Part shown: in pieces, positions 61,215 through 64,000 of the stretch
Position numbering within the stretch: position 1 is the first letter of the stretch
Layout of the letters: every line of letters starts with the position of its first letter
The notes under the pieces: generated by a model
What the model was told of the DNA's origin: nothing
Seen by the model: only the letters and a program-made list of their open reading frames with translations
Databases searched by the model: none
NCBI GenBank assembly: GCA_027317865.1
Contig: DAHVQG010000011.1
Coordinates: 32,001-96,000 of the forward strand
Reading direction: 5' to 3'
Origin: Bdellovibrionales bacterium
GTDB taxonomy: Bacteria; Bdellovibrionota; Bdellovibrionia; Bdellovibrionales; UBA1609
Length of the DNA: 64,000 nucleotides
Program-made: the position numbers and the translations under genes

Positions 61215-62048
61215 GTGCCAACAAATCCTGAATATGACAAATCACGTGTGGCATTGGTGACAGGCGCTTCAAACGGTATCGGACTTGAACTTGCTAAAAT
61301 TCTTGCACGAGAACGCTACAACTTGATTTTAGTGGCTCGAACCCAAAGCAAACTCGAAGAACTCGCCAAGGAATTTGAAAAAAAACACGAAATCAAATGC
61401 CACGTCATCGCAATGGACTTGAGTTACCACGGCGCCGCACGCGAACTCTATGATCGCGTACTTAAACTCGGCGTTTCGCTAGAAATTTTGATCAACAATG
61501 CCGGCTTTGGCGACGCGGGGGAATTCATCAATTCGCAAACCACCAAAGTCGAAAGCATGATGACTCTCAATATGGAGACTCTGACCTTGGTCACCCGATA
61601 TTTTGCCGCGCACATGGTAAATCGGGGCAGCGGCCGAATTCTCAATATCGCTTCAACCGCAGCGTTTCAACCAGGGCCATACATGGCAGTATATTACGCA
61701 ACGAAAGCGTATGTTTTGAGTTTCACTGAAGCGCTTGCCGTAGAGTTAACAGGAACCGGCGTGACCGCAACCGCGCTTTGCCCGGGCCCCGTACTGACGG
61801 GTTTTCAAGCCGCAGCCAACATGGCCGCTGACGCGGGGATGTTAAAAACGCCGGCGATGCTGTCAGCAAATAAGGTTGCTGAAATTGGCTACGAATCAAT
61901 GAAGAGCGGCGAACCCCTCGCAGTGGCTGGGGTCGTCAATCAAATTATGGCATTTTCGACACGGTTCGCTCCGCGAAAAGTAGCCGCCAAAATTGCCAGT
62001 CGATTTAATCAAAGTGCGCGCACCTTGCGCCGTAAAGGAGCATTATGA
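61215..62048 (+). CDS. Short-chain dehydrogenase/reductase (DltE-like)
   Basis: TGASNGIG, LINNAG.G, YYATK, CPGP; GGAGG RBS + GTG. Confidence 0.92.
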   Translation: MPTNPEYDKSRVALVTGASNGIGLELAKILARERYNLILVARTQSKLEELAKEFEKKHEIKCHVIAMDLSYHGAARELYDRVLKLGVSLEILINNAGFGDAGEFINSQTTKVESMMTLNMETLTLVTRYFAAHMVNRGSGRILNIASTAAFQPGPYMAVYYATKAYVLSFTEALAVELTGTGVTATALCPGPVLTGFQAAANMAADAGMLKTPAMLSANKVAEIGYESMKSGEPLAVAGVVNQIMAFSTRFAPRKVAAKIASRFNQSARTLRRKGAL

Positions 62049-63397
62049 AACTTGCCGTCGTCGGTACCGGTTATGTAGGTCTTGTCACGGGTACGTGTTT
62101 GGCAGAAGTTGGCAACACCGTGACGTGCGTAGATGTCGATGAATCGAAAATTCGCCGCCTACAGGACGGCATCATCCCGATTTATGAGCCCGGCCTTGAA
62201 GACCTGGTCAAAAGCAACTACACCGCTAAGCGCTTGCAGTTTACAACAAATTTAGTTGACGCTGTACACGGCCACGAGATTTTAATGATTGCCGTCGGCA
62301 CTCCTCCAAACGAAGACGGCAGCGCAGACCTAAAACATGTGTTAAACGTTGCGCGCGTGATCGGCGAAACCATGACATCACCCAAGTTGATCATCACCAA
62401 ATCAACCGTTCCTGTCGGTACAGGCGATAAAATAAAAACGACGATTCACGAGGCGCTGAAAAAACGCGGCGCCCATGTTTCTTTTTCAATCGCGTCAAAT
62501 CCAGAATTTTTGAAAGAAGGTGCGGCGGTTAACGATTTTATGCGGCCCGATCGAATTGTTGTGGGCTGTGAAGACGATTTTGCAAAGAAAAGAATCGAGC
62601 AATTGTACTCGCCGTTCATTTTGAATCGTCACCCGGTTATATTTATGGATATCCGTTCTGCCGAACTCACCAAATATGCCGCTAATGCGATGCTTGCGAC
62701 AAAGATTTCATTCATGAACGAAATTGCCCAAGTCGCAGAAAAAGTAGGAGCTGATGTCACTGCGGTTCGCAATGGTATCGGATCAGACGCGCGTATTGGG
62801 TATCACTTCACCTATCCCGGAATTGGTTACGGGGGGTCGTGCTTTCCGAAGGATGTCAAAGCATTGAGGCAAACCGCGCGCGAAAACGGACTCAATGTAG
62901 AACTATTGAATGCGGTCGAGAATGTTAATAAATCTCAGCGTGAGCGATTCATAAAAAAAATCGAAAATCACTATGCAGGGGCGAAAAGCAAAACCTCCAC
63001 CCTGGCCGGACGCAAATTTGCCGTTTGGGGTTTAAGCTTCAAACCAGAGACCGACGACATTCGCGAAGCCCCGTCTCTTGATATCATCGGCCACCTTCTT
63101 CGTAGCGGTGCACACGTCGCCGCGTTTGATCCAATAGCTGGCGAAAACGCGCGCGAATATTTTGAAAAGCATGAGGGTTCAAAACTCGAAATTTGCACAG
63201 ATCAATACACTCCTCTTGAGCAGGCCGACGCGCTTCTACTTCTTACCGAATGGAAGCCCTTTCGATCACCCGATTTTGAACGAATGAAATCCCTGCTGAA
63301 ACAGCCGGTTATCTTTGACGGGCGTAATCAGTACGATTTGGCGCAAATGCGCGAACTGGGTTTTCGCTATTTTTGTGTCGGCCGCCCGCCCGTTTAA
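62045..63397 (+). CDS. ugd: UDP-glucose 6-dehydrogenase
   Basis: GTGYVGL, KSTVPVGT, NPEFLKEG, KYAANA.LA, GYGGSCFPKD, FKP.TDD.R, DGRN. Confidence 0.95.
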   Translation: MKLAVVGTGYVGLVTGTCLAEVGNTVTCVDVDESKIRRLQDGIIPIYEPGLEDLVKSNYTAKRLQFTTNLVDAVHGHEILMIAVGTPPNEDGSADLKHVLNVARVIGETMTSPKLIITKSTVPVGTGDKIKTTIHEALKKRGAHVSFSIASNPEFLKEGAAVNDFMRPDRIVVGCEDDFAKKRIEQLYSPFILNRHPVIFMDIRSAELTKYAANAMLATKISFMNEIAQVAEKVGADVTAVRNGIGSDARIGYHFTYPGIGYGGSCFPKDVKALRQTARENGLNVELLNAVENVNKSQRERFIKKIENHYAGAKSKTSTLAGRKFAVWGLSFKPETDDIREAPSLDIIGHLLRSGAHVAAFDPIAGENAREYFEKHEGSKLEICTDQYTPLEQADALLLLTEWKPFRSPDFERMKSLLKQPVIFDGRNQYDLAQMRELGFRYFCVGRPPV

Positions 63398-63471
63398 ATT
63401 ATTTTGAAAACATTACGGATTGACAGATCCGCCCGTCTTCGATGATGGTCCCTAGGTCATTGGGGGGGGAT

Positions 63472-64000
63472 ATGCGACAAACCGTTTTTCTACCGTATCG
63501 AGTTTTATTTGCCTTTTTCACAATTGTACTACTGTTGGGCTTGGCGCCGTCGGCATTCGCCCGCGAGAAATCCTGCCCCGCCTTACTCGAAAATAATTCA
63601 CCGTTTGTCAGCGGCTCAAGTGAACTAAAGACCAAATGGGTTGAACAAGAATTACAAAACATCGAAAATTCGGCTGATCCGGAACGAAAAATGGTCCGCC
63701 AAGCTAATCAAGAGCAAGGCATCGATGCTTTGTCTCTCAACCGTGAAATCATTCAAAATCATAATTCGAATTATACCCATAAAATTGAAACGGCATGCAT
63801 AACCAATCAATATCAGTCCGGCCGCTGTTGGTTGTTTGCAAGCCTCAATATGTTACGCCCCAAATTATTGGCGGCAAACCTCGTGGACGAGAAGTTCGAA
63901 TTCTCCGAAAATTACCTCTATTTTTTCGCTATGCTTGAAAAATCGAATTCATTTTTAAAGACCAGCGAAACCGCCGTAAGAAAATATGCAAATAATCGGC
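63472..64000 (+). CDS. pepC: C1B cysteine peptidase (aminopeptidase C/bleomycin hydrolase-like) with signal peptide; truncated by the window end
   Basis: Not in the ORF track; frame is open to the end. G-rich RBS, signal peptide ending AFA, ITNQYQSGRCWLFASLN, FEFSENYLYF..LEKSN.F. Confidence 0.88.
   Translation, partial: MRQTVFLPYRVLFAFFTIVLLLGLAPSAFAREKSCPALLENNSPFVSGSSELKTKWVEQELQNIENSADPERKMVRQANQEQGIDALSLNREIIQNHNSNYTHKIETACITNQYQSGRCWLFASLNMLRPKLLAANLVDEKFEFSENYLYFFAMLEKSNSFLKTSETAVRKYANNR

Noticed and set aside
63399-63662. 87-aa minus-strand ORF
   Set aside because: Antisense to the PepC-like gene.

Overview
Chromosomal window of a Gram-negative bacterium, most likely Bdellovibrionota. 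This is inferred from two TIGR02147/DUF4423 regulators, F[QN]NC-type lipoproteins, many orphan secreted proteins and a delta-like zapA-ygfA-rny-tyrS gene order. No integrase, transposase, prophage or CRISPR array was seen. Housekeeping genes: queF, trmH, speE plus a eukaryotic-type AdoMetDC, iscS/iscA, tyrS, rny, ygfA, zapA, ftsY, smc, ppdK, glyQS, two acyl-CoA dehydrogenases, ETF-QO, ugd and tRNA-Arg(UCG). These alternate with secreted/lipoprotein genes. Best candidate for an undescribed system: a module present twice (39.2-41.2 kb and 51.6-53.9 kb) made of a perfect palindrome, a TIGR02147 HTH-DUF4423 regulator, and a secreted protein with a Gly-rich GGxxxGxG start and a HExxH-like motif. 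Other highlights: a Tgl-like transglutaminase candidate, a DabAB inorganic-carbon pump, an M3 pseudo-peptidase, RNase Y with eroded HD residues and no adjacent 6S RNA, a structured RNA candidate ahead of queF, a 140-bp gene-end duplication, a polymorphic-toxin-like protein, a signal-peptide-bearing PepC missed by the ORF track, and many apparently leaderless genes. All family calls come from motif recognition by eye, not database searches. Several starts were moved to the most plausible ATG/GTG.
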